The notes under the pieces were generated by a model. That model was given only the letters and a program-made list of their open reading frames with translations. It did no database searches and was not told the DNA's origin. DNA of 64,000 bases from Archangium sp. (GTDB lineage Bacteria > Myxococcota > Myxococcia > Myxococcales > Myxococcaceae): NCBI RefSeq assembly GCF_031412795.1, contig NZ_JANODR010000017.1, forward strand, positions 64,001-128,000, read 5' to 3'. Below, piece by piece: positions 1 through 8,828 of this stretch; position 1 is the first letter of the stretch; each line of letters opens with the position of its first letter. Both the position numbers and the translations under genes were made by a program.

Positions 1-739
1 GATAACGCAGGCCGAGGAGCTCTTCCGGCTGACGAGCGCCGCCCAGGCCCAGGTGGTCTCCCTCCAGGGGGATGGAAAGCTCCGGGTGGACTCTCCCCAG
101 GGCGCCGGGACGGTGTCGACCTTCCTGGCCGTCTCCCGACCGGGCCTGCTGCGGGTGGAGATGTTCGACTTCTTCAACCGCCCTCTCGCCGTGCTGGTGA
201 CGGACGGGAAACGCTTCGGCCTCTTCCAAGCCCAGGAGAACAAGTTCTACCAGGGGCCTGCCACGCCTCGGAACCTGTCGCGCTTCCTGCCCCTGGCCCT
301 TCCGAGCGAGGAGCTCGTCTCCGTGATGCTCGGCCAGGTGCCCTTCCTGCCCGCCGAGCGCATGACGCTCACGGTGGACGAGAAGGCGCGGCTCTACGTC
401 CTCACGCTCCACCGGGGGGAGGTGTCCCAGGTGCTCGGCATCGAGCCCAAGACGCTCCGGGTGGTGCGCAGCCAGGTTCGCGGGCTCGACACCTATGGGC
501 TCGAGTACGAGAACTTCAAGGACCACGCCGGGGCGCTCCTCCCCCACGAGGTGACGCTCCGGGCCTCCTCGGCGGACACCTCCCTGGGGCTGCGCTACAC
601 CGACATCACCGTCAACGAGGCCCCGGACCTCACGCTCTTCGACCTGTCCGCGCCCGAGGACGTCCCCGTGGTGGATGTGGACGAGGGTGGTCAGGCCCTG
701 CCCCCCGTCGAGCTACCCCCCGCCCGGCCGGATGCCTGA
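1..739 (+). CDS. Partial (5' truncated at window edge) hypothetical protein, LolA/LolB-like (DUF4292-like) fold suspected
   Basis: Frame 2 is open from the window edge through the GTG at 53 to the TGA at 737-739. Coding-like codon usage. Family assignment is from weak memory only. Confidence 0.35.
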   Translation, partial: ITQAEELFRLTSAAQAQVVSLQGDGKLRVDSPQGAGTVSTFLAVSRPGLLRVEMFDFFNRPLAVLVTDGKRFGLFQAQENKFYQGPATPRNLSRFLPLALPSEELVSVMLGQVPFLPAERMTLTVDEKARLYVLTLHRGEVSQVLGIEPKTLRVVRSQVRGLDTYGLEYENFKDHAGALLPHEVTLRASSADTSLGLRYTDITVNEAPDLTLFDLSAPEDVPVVDVDEGGQALPPVELPPARPDA

Positions 740-826
740 CCTGCTCCTCAAGAATTCAGCAATGGTTGGAATCTCAGGTAGAGTGCCCGGACCGGTTGGG
801 TCCGTTCGGACTCCCGCGACTGCGAC

Positions 827-1597
827 ATGGCACAGATCAAGCTTGGCGAACTGCTGATCAAGGCGAACGTGCTCCAGGAGAGCCAGCTCAAGGCGGCGCT
901 CGCGGAGCAGGCGAAGTGGGGCGGGAAGCTGGGAGAGATCCTGGTGCGGATGAACCTCGTGTCCGAGGACATCCTGGTGAGGGCGTTGTCCAAGCAGCTC
1001 GCCATCCCCGCGGTGAACCTGGACGCCGTGAAGGAGATCCCTCCCCACGTGCTCAACCGGGTGCCCGTGCAGACGGCGCGGGACTTCTCGGTGCTGCCGT
1101 TGCAGCTGCGTGACGATGGCAAGACGCTGGTGGTGGCCATCGCGGATCCGCTCAATGTGCGGCAGCTCGATGAGCTGCGCGGCGTCACCAAGTGCCGCAT
1201 CGTGCCGAACGTGGCGGGGCGCACGGCGATCGCCCGGGCCATGGCGCGCTTCTACGAGGAGACGGCGGAGCTGGGCGATGCGGACACCAACTTCAAGGTG
1301 GTGGACTCGCAGGGCCGTACGGTCGTCAAGCACATGAGTGACGTGCCGGGCGCGGCGGCGGTCGCCGCGGCTCCGGCTCCCCCTCCCGCGCCGGCTACGA
1401 CCTCGGCTCCCCGGGGCGCCCTGTCGCGCGAGATTCCGACGGCCCGCGGCGGCGTCAACGCCAGCCCGGTGGAGCTGCTGCGCAGCGTGGAAGAGGTGCA
1501 GCGCAAGGAAGTCGCGGCCCTCAAGGCCATGGTGGAGCTGCTCATCGAGAAGGGCGTCTTCTCGCGCGAAGAGTACCTGGCGAAGGTCAAGCGTTAA
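827..1597 (+). CDS. Stand-alone T2SSE_N / MshEN-domain protein (putative c-di-GMP receptor)
   Basis: ATG at 827. N-terminus KLGELLIKANVLQESQLKAALAEQ and a second copy KLGEILVRMNLVSEDILVRALSKQ match the tandem 24-residue MshEN motif [RK]LGxxLxxxGxxxxxxLxxALxxQ. GspE_N-like region DPLNVRQLDELR. Confidence 0.6.
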   Translation: MAQIKLGELLIKANVLQESQLKAALAEQAKWGGKLGEILVRMNLVSEDILVRALSKQLAIPAVNLDAVKEIPPHVLNRVPVQTARDFSVLPLQLRDDGKTLVVAIADPLNVRQLDELRGVTKCRIVPNVAGRTAIARAMARFYEETAELGDADTNFKVVDSQGRTVVKHMSDVPGAAAVAAAPAPPPAPATTSAPRGALSREIPTARGGVNASPVELLRSVEEVQRKEVAALKAMVELLIEKGVFSREEYLAKVKR

Positions 1598-1618
1598 GCC
1601 GTTCAGCCCCGACCCCGT

Positions 1619-2752
1619 ATGCGCAAGAAGATCGGCGAGCTGCTCATCGAGTCCGGTGCCGTCAATCCGGAGCAGGTCAAAAAGGCGCTCGGCCAGCAGC
1701 GGGCCTTTGGCAGTGGTCAACGGCTGGGCTCGGTCATCATCACCCTGGGCTTTGCCTCGCCCTCGGCGGTGGCGCGGGCCCTGGCGCGCCAGGCGGATCT
1801 GCCCTTCGTGGAGCTGCCAGAGATTCCCGACGGGCTTCGTTCCATCGTCTCCCAGGACTTCCAGGCCGAGCAGCGCATCGTCCCCTTCCGGCTCGAGAAG
1901 GAAGGGCGCAGCGAGCGGCTGCACGTGGCGGTGGATGATCCCTCCGACCTGGCGGCCGTGGACGAGCTGAGCTTCCAGCTCAACAAGCCCATCCGGGTCC
2001 ACGTGGCCGCCGAGGATGACCTCGATCGCGCGCTGGGCCTCGTGCGAGGCCAGGTGGTGGAGGGCATCGCGCTGGAGGACGACACCGGCGAGCCCCTGGA
2101 GCTGGAGGGCTCCTCCGGCATGGTATCGGGCGGCTGGCACGGCCAGGACGCGCGGTCCGACTCGCCCGCCCCCTCGGACAACGCCCTGTTCGACTGGGAC
2201 CTGCCCTCCACCCCGTCGTCGACGTTGGATGACGACGACGACGAAAGTGACATCACCCTCATCACCCCGAGGTCCGCCTTGAAGCCCAAGCCGCCGGCGC
2301 CCCCGGCTCCGCCGCCTATCGACGATGACGATGAGGAGATCACCCTCATCACCCCTCGTGCGTCGGCGAAGCCCAAGGGTGCCCCCGTTCCGCCGCCGCC
2401 TCCTCCCTCGGAGAACGAGGACGTGCTGGACGAACTGCTCGGCGAGGCCGAAGCGGAGCCCGAGACTTCGCCCGCGGCGCCGGGGGGCTCCAACAACTCC
2501 GTGCCGGTGGTCATGTTCGGCGGGGCCGCCAAGGGCGTGCCGACGCCGCCACCGCCCCCCTCGCTCTCCAACATCTCCGAGGAGGACCTGAAGGTGCTCG
2601 AGGACATCGAGCGCATCGCGGATGGTGCCGAGGCGACGCTGCACACGGAGAAGGTGAAGCCCGCACGCATGGTGGCCAGCCTCATCCGCCTCCTCATCAA
2701 GAAGCGCATCATCCGCGAGGAGGAGTTCCTGGAGGAGCTGTCGAGGAAGTGA
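1619..2752 (+). CDS. Stand-alone T2SSE_N / MshEN-domain protein with acidic/Pro-rich internal repeats (paralog of 827..1597)
   Basis: ATG at 1619. N-terminus [24 protein letters not shown] matches the MshEN motif. C-terminal tail LIxKxxxxREEfL is shared with the upstream paralog. Internal direct repeat [28 protein letters not shown]. Confidence 0.6.
   Translation: MRKKIGELLIESGAVNPEQVKKALGQQRAFGSGQRLGSVIITLGFASPSAVARALARQADLPFVELPEIPDGLRSIVSQDFQAEQRIVPFRLEKEGRSERLHVAVDDPSDLAAVDELSFQLNKPIRVHVAAEDDLDRALGLVRGQVVEGIALEDDTGEPLELEGSSGMVSGGWHGQDARSDSPAPSDNALFDWDLPSTPSSTLDDDDDESDITLITPRSALKPKPPAPPAPPPIDDDDEEITLITPRASAKPKGAPVPPPPPPSENEDVLDELLGEAEAEPETSPAAPGGSNNSVPVVMFGGAAKGVPTPPPPPSLSNISEEDLKVLEDIERIADGAEATLHTEKVKPARMVASLIRLLIKKRIIREEEFLEELSRK
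2231..2409 (+). repeat. Two tandem copies of an ~90-nt coding repeat ([23 protein letters not shown]) inside the second MshEN protein
   Basis: The string atcaccctcatcaccc occurs twice (about 2252 and 2341), each time flanked by gacgacga and a poly-proline-encoding stretch. Confidence 0.5.
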
Positions 2753-2790
2753 CGCCTCGGGCCGGGTGTTCTGGCCCGGCCGTGAGCCCC

Positions 2791-3783
2791 ATGTCCGAGC
2801 CCCTCCTCGATGTCCGTGGACTGAAGACCCAGCTCTCCCTGGAGGAGGGCCCGGTGCTGGCCGTGGACGACGTGTCCTTCTCCATCCCGCCTGGCGGCAC
2901 GCTGGGCGTGGTGGGGGAGAGCGGCTGCGGCAAGAGCCTCACCGCGCTCTCGGTGATGGGGCTGGTACCGGCGCCGCCTGGCCGAGTGGTGGGCGGGCAC
3001 ATCCGCTTCCGGGGCGAGGACCTGCTCGCGCTGCCCGAGGAGAAGCTGCGCCGGGTGCGCGGGCGCCACCTGTCCATGGTGTTCCAGGAGCCGATGACCT
3101 CGCTCAACCCCGTCTACACGGTGGGCGAGCAGATCGCCGAGGGGGTGCGGCTCCACCAGGGACTGTCCCGGGCCGCCGCGCGCGAGCACTCGGTGGAGAT
3201 GCTGCGGCGGGTGGGCATCCCCGCCCCCGAGCAGCGCGTGGACAGCTACCCCCACCAGCTCTCCGGAGGCATGCGTCAGCGGGTGATGATCGCCATGGCG
3301 CTCGCGTGCGGACCGGAGCTGCTCATCGCGGACGAGCCCACCACGGCGCTGGACGTCACCATCCAGGCGCAGATCCTCGAGCTGCTCAAGCGGCTCCAGG
3401 CCGAGCAACACATGGCGGTGATGCTCATCACCCACGACCTGGGCGTGGTGGCGGAGAGCTGTGACGCGGTGGTGGTGATGTACGCGGGGCGGGTGGTGGA
3501 GCGGGCGCCGGTGAAGGCGCTGTTCCGTCAGCCGGCGCACCCGTACACGGCGGGGCTGCTGCGCTCGATTCCGGCCCTGCACGAGGTGGGTGGGGCAGGG
3601 GAGCGCCCCCGACTGAGGACGATTCCCGGCATGGTGCCGAGCCTGCGCAAGCTGCCCGGGGGCTGCCGCTTCCGAGACAGGTGCGAGCGCGCTCAGGACC
3701 TCTGCGCGCGGGTGGAGCCGGTTCTGGAACTCAAGCGCGATGGCCAGGAGGCCGCGTGCCACAACCCGGTGCCCGCGCCATGA
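2791..3783 (+). CDS. oppD: Oligopeptide/dipeptide ABC transporter ATP-binding protein (OppD/DppD family)
   Basis: Walker A GESGCGKS, signature LSGGMRQR, Walker [13 protein letters not shown]-terminal oligopeptide-type extension PYTAGLL. ATG 2791 is preferred over the GTG at 2749. Confidence 0.85.
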   Translation: MSEPLLDVRGLKTQLSLEEGPVLAVDDVSFSIPPGGTLGVVGESGCGKSLTALSVMGLVPAPPGRVVGGHIRFRGEDLLALPEEKLRRVRGRHLSMVFQEPMTSLNPVYTVGEQIAEGVRLHQGLSRAAAREHSVEMLRRVGIPAPEQRVDSYPHQLSGGMRQRVMIAMALACGPELLIADEPTTALDVTIQAQILELLKRLQAEQHMAVMLITHDLGVVAESCDAVVVMYAGRVVERAPVKALFRQPAHPYTAGLLRSIPALHEVGGAGERPRLRTIPGMVPSLRKLPGGCRFRDRCERAQDLCARVEPVLELKRDGQEAACHNPVPAP

Positions 3784-4787
3784 CCGAGCCCCTGCTTCAG
3801 GTACGGGAGCTGAAGACGCACTTCCCGATCCGCGGAGGGCTGCTGGGGCGCGTGCGGGGCACGGTGAAGGCGGTGGACGGGGTGGGCTTCGACGTGCGGC
3901 GCGGCGAGACGCTCGGCCTGGTGGGCGAGAGCGGCTGCGGCAAGAGCACGCTGGGGCGCACGCTGCTGCGGCTCGTGGAGCCCACCTCCGGCTCCATCCG
4001 CTTCGAGGGCCGTGAGCTGACGGGCCTGTCCCAGCGCGAGCTTCGTCCGCTGCGCCGGCGGATGCAGCTCGTCTTCCAGGATCCATACGCCTCGCTCAAT
4101 CCGCGCATGTCGGTGCGGGACATCCTCGGCGAGCCCTTCGCCATCCACGGGCTGGCGCGCGGGCGCGAGCGCGAGACGAAGGTGGCCGAGCTGTTGGACC
4201 TGATGGGCCTGCCGCGCGACGCGCTGGAGCGCTATCCGCACGAGTTCTCTGGAGGGCAGCGCCAGCGCATCGGCATCGCCCGGGCGATTGCCCTGAGGCC
4301 GGACCTGGTCGTCGCCGACGAGCCAATCAGCGCGCTGGACGTCTCCATCCAGGCGCAGATCGTCAACCTGCTGGTGGACCTGCAGCGCGAGCTGGGGCTC
4401 ACCTACGTCTTCATCGCGCACGACCTCAAAATCGTGGAGTACGTGTCCACGCGCGTGGCGGTGATGTACCTGGGCCGCATCGTGGAACTGGCGGACGCGG
4501 CGGACCTCTACCGCCGGCCGCGCCACCCGTACACCCAGGCCCTGCTGTCGGCGGTGCCGGTGCCGGACCCCGAGCACAAGCGCTCGCGCATCATCCTCCA
4601 GGGGGACGTGCCCTCTCCGCTCGCGCCGCCGCCCGGGTGCACCTTCCATCCCCGGTGCCCGTACGCCATGGAGCGGTGCCGGCGCGAGACGCCGCCTCTC
4701 TACACGCTGGACAACGGGCACACCGCCGCGTGCTTCCTCGTGGAGGAGGACGCGCGGAAGGCCCCATCCCCCATTTCCGGAGGGTAG
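3780..4787 (+). CDS. oppF: Oligopeptide/dipeptide ABC transporter ATP-binding protein (OppF/DppF family)
   Basis: [29 protein letters not shown]-terminal PYTQALL..CxxxxRC motif. ATG 3780 overlaps the oppD TGA (ATGA coupling). Confidence 0.85.
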   Translation: MTEPLLQVRELKTHFPIRGGLLGRVRGTVKAVDGVGFDVRRGETLGLVGESGCGKSTLGRTLLRLVEPTSGSIRFEGRELTGLSQRELRPLRRRMQLVFQDPYASLNPRMSVRDILGEPFAIHGLARGRERETKVAELLDLMGLPRDALERYPHEFSGGQRQRIGIARAIALRPDLVVADEPISALDVSIQAQIVNLLVDLQRELGLTYVFIAHDLKIVEYVSTRVAVMYLGRIVELADAADLYRRPRHPYTQALLSAVPVPDPEHKRSRIILQGDVPSPLAPPPGCTFHPRCPYAMERCRRETPPLYTLDNGHTAACFLVEEDARKAPSPISGG

Positions 4788-4788
4788 G

Positions 4789-5196
4789 GTGTTCTGGCTC
4801 AGTCACCACCATGAGGACGAGTACAACCGCACGTACCTGCTCGGCGGGGTGCGCGTGTGCGCGCGCTGCCTGGGGACATACCCGGTGCTGGTGGCGGTGA
4901 TGATGGGCCTCTTCGCCCTCCGCGCGCCGCTGGCGTGGCCCTGGGACGTGCCGGTGGTGCTCGGCCTCACGCTGCCGGCGCTCGTGGACTGGGCGGTGGG
5001 GCGCTTTCGTCCGGCCAGCGGCACCAACACCGTGCGCACCCTCACGGGCGTGCTGCTGGGTGCGGCGCTGGGCCGCTCGTTGTTCGTCCACCTCCAGAAG
5101 CCCCTGCCGCCGATGCTGGTGTGGCAGGGCGCCCTGGTGCTGGTGGTCGCGCTCCCCGTCCTGTTCTTGAGCTCCAGGGGCTCGCGGAACGGGTAG
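4789..5196 (+). CDS. Small polytopic membrane protein (DUF2085-like)
   Basis: GTG at 4789 lies 1 nt after the oppF stop. CxxC motif VCARCLG followed by hydrophobic helices. Confidence 0.4.
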   Translation: MFWLSHHHEDEYNRTYLLGGVRVCARCLGTYPVLVAVMMGLFALRAPLAWPWDVPVVLGLTLPALVDWAVGRFRPASGTNTVRTLTGVLLGAALGRSLFVHLQKPLPPMLVWQGALVLVVALPVLFLSSRGSRNG

Positions 5197-5205
5197 GCGG
5201 GCGCC

Positions 5206-5769
5206 TCAGTCCTCGGTGAGGTACTTCAGGATCTCGTCCGCGTCCTGGGAGACCAGCCGTTTGACGCCATCCCGTCGGGCATGACGCTGGACCTGCATCT
5301 GGCCCACGGTGCTCCGCACGAGCACGCCGATCTTCCGGAAGCCGCCGATCCAAATGGGGCGGAGGCGGGCGAGGGCTTCTTCGAACTGGGGATCGTTCCT
5401 GCCAGGGGTGGCCCGGATATCGGAGAAGAGCCCATAGCGTGGGCGGTCCAACGTATCCAGGACGCTCCCGAGCCGCGCGAAGAGGCCGTCGAGTTCCTCG
5501 ATCGCGCCAAATGGTTTGTCGCTACGAATGGTGTGGACGATGCGCTTCCGCTCGTCCACGAGCACGGTGAAGTACTCGTCCTGGAAGATCTGCCGGGTAG
5601 TCGAAGAGAGGCCCACTATCGTCCCTGTACCGCGTCGCGATGCGCCATGAACAGTGACATGGTGGGCGGCAGGGACGGAAGACGCGTCGCCCGGTTGCTC
5701 GCCCTCCCTCCGGGGGCGGGGCCTGCTGCACGGGTGACAAGCGGTGGCGCTCCCTGTCATTCTCGCCAC
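5206..5769 (-). CDS. Hypothetical protein, start uncertain
   Basis: Open minus-strand frame. The C-terminal ~135 aa (from IVGLSSTTRQIFQDEYFTVLVDERKRIV) look protein-like. There is no in-frame ATG near that core, so the start may be a GTG, or the N-terminal 50 codons may be non-coding. Confidence 0.3.
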   Translation of the reverse strand: MARMTGSATACHPCSRPRPRREGEQPGDASSVPAAHHVTVHGASRRGTGTIVGLSSTTRQIFQDEYFTVLVDERKRIVHTIRSDKPFGAIEELDGLFARLGSVLDTLDRPRYGLFSDIRATPGRNDPQFEEALARLRPIWIGGFRKIGVLVRSTVGQMQVQRHARRDGVKRLVSQDADEILKYLTED

Positions 5770-5902
5770 TTACCGAGGGCCAAAAATCGGGTAGACCCTG
5801 GCGCCCCACCGTCCGTTGTAAGGAAGCGATGGAGGGGTGAGGACAGGTACGAGGCCCTGAAACGGGGGACTGTTGGGACCGGGAACCTCAGACGAACGGC
5901 TG

Positions 5903-6502
5903 ATGCTCGCCTTCCGGGCGGGGGATGCTCGTGCGTTCGAGGTGCTGGTGCGAAGGCACCGGACGCCGGTGTTCAACTTCATCCTGCGTTTCACCGGCCA
6001 CCGTGCACGGGCGGAAGACGTGCTTCAGGAGACGTGGCTCAAGGTGGTTCGCAGCGCGTCGGAGTACGAGGCGAAGGCGAAGTTCACCACTTGGGTCTAC
6101 ACGATTGCGAGGAACCTCTGCGTGGACAGCGCGCGCAAAGAGAGCTACCGGCAGACGGCCTCGCTGGAGGCGTCCGTGACGGGTGCCGAGGGCGACGAGA
6201 GTCGTCCGCTGGGTGAGTCGCTCCCGGACGAGGGCGTGAGCCCCGAGCGTGGCGCCTACAACGCCCGGCTGCGGCCCCTGCTGGAGCGCGCGCTCGCCGG
6301 CCTGCCGGAGGAGCAGCGCGAGGTCTTCGTGCTGCGCGAGTACAGCGGCATCCCCTTCAAGGAGATCGCCGAGGTGACGGGTGTGTCCGAGAACACGGTG
6401 AAGAGTCGCATGCGCTATGCCCTCGAGGGCCTGCGTCGGCGCCTGGCCGAGCTCGGGGTGGATGGGGACCTGGCAGAGGACGGAAGGACGGTGGCGGGAT
6501 GA
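5903..6502 (+). CDS. ECF-type RNA polymerase sigma factor (sigma-70 family, group 4)
   Basis: Region 2 FNFILRFTGHRARAEDVLQETWLKV.. and region 4 EQREVFVLREYSGIPFKEIAEVTGVSENTVKSRMRYAL. ATG 5903 is preferred; TTG 5873 is possible. Confidence 0.85.
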   Translation: MLAFRAGDARAFEVLVRRHRTPVFNFILRFTGHRARAEDVLQETWLKVVRSASEYEAKAKFTTWVYTIARNLCVDSARKESYRQTASLEASVTGAEGDESRPLGESLPDEGVSPERGAYNARLRPLLERALAGLPEEQREVFVLREYSGIPFKEIAEVTGVSENTVKSRMRYALEGLRRRLAELGVDGDLAEDGRTVAG

Positions 6503-7851
6503 AGCCGCAGGGTTCCCATGCGAACGAGGATCGGCTGCTGGACTTCGCCTATGGCGAGCTGCCGCCGTCCGAGGCCCGGGTGATGGAGCAGCACGTGCTG
6601 GGGTGCTCGCGCTGCTCCGAGGCGCTCGACGGCATTCGAGGCGTGCGCACCACCATGTCGCGGCTGCCGCTGCACTCGGCGCCGGAGGCGGGACTGGAGT
6701 CGTTGCTGGCCTACGCGCAGCAGGCCGCGCGCCGGTCCGCGGCGGGCCCCGAGCCCGCGCCCCGCTGGTGGCGTCGCCTGCTGGCGCCCGCGCTGAGCAT
6801 GGCGGCGCTGGGCGTCTTCGGCATCGTGGTCGTCCAGGTGAACCGCTCGGTGGACCTCAGCCCCACGCTCACCACCAAGAAGGAAGCCCCGGCGGAGATG
6901 GCGATGCGCCCGGAGCCCGCGAAGAACGCGCCGCTGCCGATGACCCAGGCCGTGCCCGCCGCCGCGGCCCCCTCGGCCCCCTCGCCCGAAACCCAGGTGC
7001 TCCACCAGCAGATGGACAAGCGCATGCAGGCTGAAATGCGCACCCCTCCTTCGAAGAAGGCGCCCAAGGTGATGCGCCGCGGGGAGTACTCGGACTGGTC
7101 CAACGCGGGCGCGGGCAGCGCGGGTGGCTTCCCGGACAAGAAGGAGGAGGCCGCGAAGTCCAAGGACGGGCTGGCCTCCAGCGGAAGGACCCGGAACACC
7201 CTGGCCACGGCGCAACCCGAAGCCGCCCCCGCGGGCAACGTGGCTCCAGCGGATGCGGAGGAGTCCCGGGTCGCCGAGGCCGCGTCCGCGCCCATGCCCA
7301 GCGCGCCCCAGCAGGTGGCGCAGTACACGCCGCCGTCCAGCCCGGCGCCGCGGGCGAAGAGCTCCGCTTCACGTACGTCGTCGAAGGGGAGCATGGCGGA
7401 CGCTGACGACGTGGCGCTGGCCCCCGGACGCGACCAGCTGCCGATGCCCGCCGAGCCGCCACCTCCTCCCGCCGCGCAGGCACAGGGGGTGGAGCGGGAA
7501 GCCAAGGCGGACGTCGTCGCGCGCAAGTCCGAGGCGAAGCCCGCCACCGCGAGCAGTGCCCCGTCTCCGACGGAGCTGCTGCGCCAGGCGGACATCGCCA
7601 ATCGCTCGGGGGACAGGGCACAGGAGTCCGCGCTGCTGCGTGGGGCGCTGTCCGCGGGCGTGAGGGGGAGTCAGCGGGTGGAGACGCTCTCTCGGCTGTG
7701 TGAGGCGGAGCTGGCGCTGGGCCGCCGGCAGAACGCCCTGGAGTTTTGCAAGCGGGTGATGTCGGAGGCGCCCGGCTCGAGCGAGGCGCGCGTCGCGCAG
7801 CGGCTGCTGGAGCGCGAGCTGGCGTCCGAGGCGGACGCGGCCAGGCAGTAG
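6499..7851 (+). CDS. Anti-sigma factor, ZAS-like zinc-finger N-terminus, single TM, Pro/Ala-rich periplasmic region and TPR-like C-terminus
   Basis: ATGA overlap with the sigma factor stop. HVLGCSRCSEAL (H-x3-C-x2-C) anti-sigma motif. TM segment LLAPALSMAALGVFGIVVV. Confidence 0.7.
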   Translation: MKPQGSHANEDRLLDFAYGELPPSEARVMEQHVLGCSRCSEALDGIRGVRTTMSRLPLHSAPEAGLESLLAYAQQAARRSAAGPEPAPRWWRRLLAPALSMAALGVFGIVVVQVNRSVDLSPTLTTKKEAPAEMAMRPEPAKNAPLPMTQAVPAAAAPSAPSPETQVLHQQMDKRMQAEMRTPPSKKAPKVMRRGEYSDWSNAGAGSAGGFPDKKEEAAKSKDGLASSGRTRNTLATAQPEAAPAGNVAPADAEESRVAEAASAPMPSAPQQVAQYTPPSSPAPRAKSSASRTSSKGSMADADDVALAPGRDQLPMPAEPPPPPAAQAQGVEREAKADVVARKSEAKPATASSAPSPTELLRQADIANRSGDRAQESALLRGALSAGVRGSQRVETLSRLCEAELALGRRQNALEFCKRVMSEAPGSSEARVAQRLLERELASEADAARQ

Positions 7852-7854
7852 GCG

Positions 7855-8616
7855 TCAGTGCGAGCCGTGCCCCTCCGCCTCGGTAGGAGGAGGCGGCGGC
7901 AGGTCGGGGTTGTAGGCGCCGCTGAGGATGAGGAACTCTCCGCCAGGCTGCTTCAAGCGCGAGGCCTCGCCCTCGGGCGAGATGCCGACCGCGTGGATCT
8001 CATAGGCCGCGCCGCCCTCCAGCACATAGACGAGCAGGGTGCCGGGAGGAGCGTCCGCGGGGAGCGCGTCGGGCGAGGCCACCTTCTGGAGGCGGAAGGG
8101 CAGGGCGCCGAAGGAGCGTGTGTGGATGGTGGTGGGCTGGCCCTGGGTGAGCTGCGTGAGGGCCTGCCGCCAGGAGTCCTCGTCCTCGGGGATGGAGCCA
8201 TGCTTCTGCAGCTCGCTCACGGTGCGGCCGTGAAGCTCGCGAGCCACCCGGAGGACCTTCAGGTTGGCGGCATCGGAGTTGCGCCCCACGGCGGGGCCCT
8301 CCCGGTTTGCCCAGGTGGCGAGCGGGACGGCGGCGAGGATGAGCCCGGACCAGAGGAGGTGGGCGCTTCGCGCGCGCACGGCCTGCACGAGGACGACGCT
8401 CAGGCCCACCAGCGCCATGAGCGCGGCGATCACGAGCAGGAGCCGGGGCGGCGTTCCCGGACTGTAGGGCTGGAGCTGTGAGCGGGCGAGGTGCCGCAGC
8501 TCAGGCCAGGCTCCCACCAGGGTGATGGCGGCGAACCCGGCGAAGACGAGTGCGTGCAGCACACGGAGCGGCAGCGGGGAGGGCTGCCGCGAGGCGGTGG
8601 AGGACGACTTCTTCAC
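7855..8616 (-). CDS. Inner-membrane protein of unknown function, last gene of the pilin operon
   Basis: Three hydrophobic helices. Its ATG overlaps the pilin stop (ATGA on the minus strand). Its stop lies 3 nt from the convergent anti-sigma stop. Confidence 0.5.
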   Translation of the reverse strand: MKKSSSTASRQPSPLPLRVLHALVFAGFAAITLVGAWPELRHLARSQLQPYSPGTPPRLLLVIAALMALVGLSVVLVQAVRARSAHLLWSGLILAAVPLATWANREGPAVGRNSDAANLKVLRVARELHGRTVSELQKHGSIPEDEDSWRQALTQLTQGQPTTIHTRSFGALPFRLQKVASPDALPADAPPGTLLVYVLEGGAAYEIHAVGISPEGEASRLKQPGGEFLILSGAYNPDLPPPPPTEAEGHGSH

Positions 8617-8828
8617 GGGAACGGCAGGTTCAGCACCATGTAGAACGAGTCGTAATAGACCTGGTACGCCCGGAGGAACAGGTTGATGACGTTCCCCCTG
8701 CCGAACACGTCCGAGCTCAGCATCAGCACGAGCGCGAGGACGAGGATCCAGTTGATGAAGGAGTACTCCACCATGGCCTGGCCACGGGGGTGACGGCGGA
8801 GCTGCTTGAGGGTCGCGGGGCTCTTCAT
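8613..8828 (-). CDS. Flp/Fap-type (type IVb/c) prepilin, 71 aa
   Basis: MKSPATLKQLRRHPRGQAMVEYSFINWILVLALVLMLSS contains the Flp motif G/xxxxEY followed by a hydrophobic helix. GGAGGA Shine-Dalgarno (minus-strand coordinates 8840-8835) lies 6 nt before the ATG. The ATG overlaps the upstream gene stop. In the six-frame track this gene appears only as the tail of an artefactual 339-aa ORF. Confidence 0.65.
   Translation of the reverse strand: MKSPATLKQLRRHPRGQAMVEYSFINWILVLALVLMLSSDVFGRGNVINLFLRAYQVYYDSFYMVLNLPFP

Noticed and set aside
713-2644. 643-aa minus-strand ORF (one of many very long antisense ORFs, others e.g. 1717..4086, 15789..19115, 18959..21043, 47834..51790)
   Set aside because: Arg/Gly/Ala-rich low-complexity translations typical of the antisense of 70% GC coding DNA. 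Each overlaps well-supported genes with recognisable domains on the other strand.
5859-5900. GAAAC/GGGAACC strings upstream of the ECF sigma gene as an autoregulatory ECF promoter
   Set aside because: No convincing -10 CGTC-type element at the correct spacing. Too close to the start codon to call.
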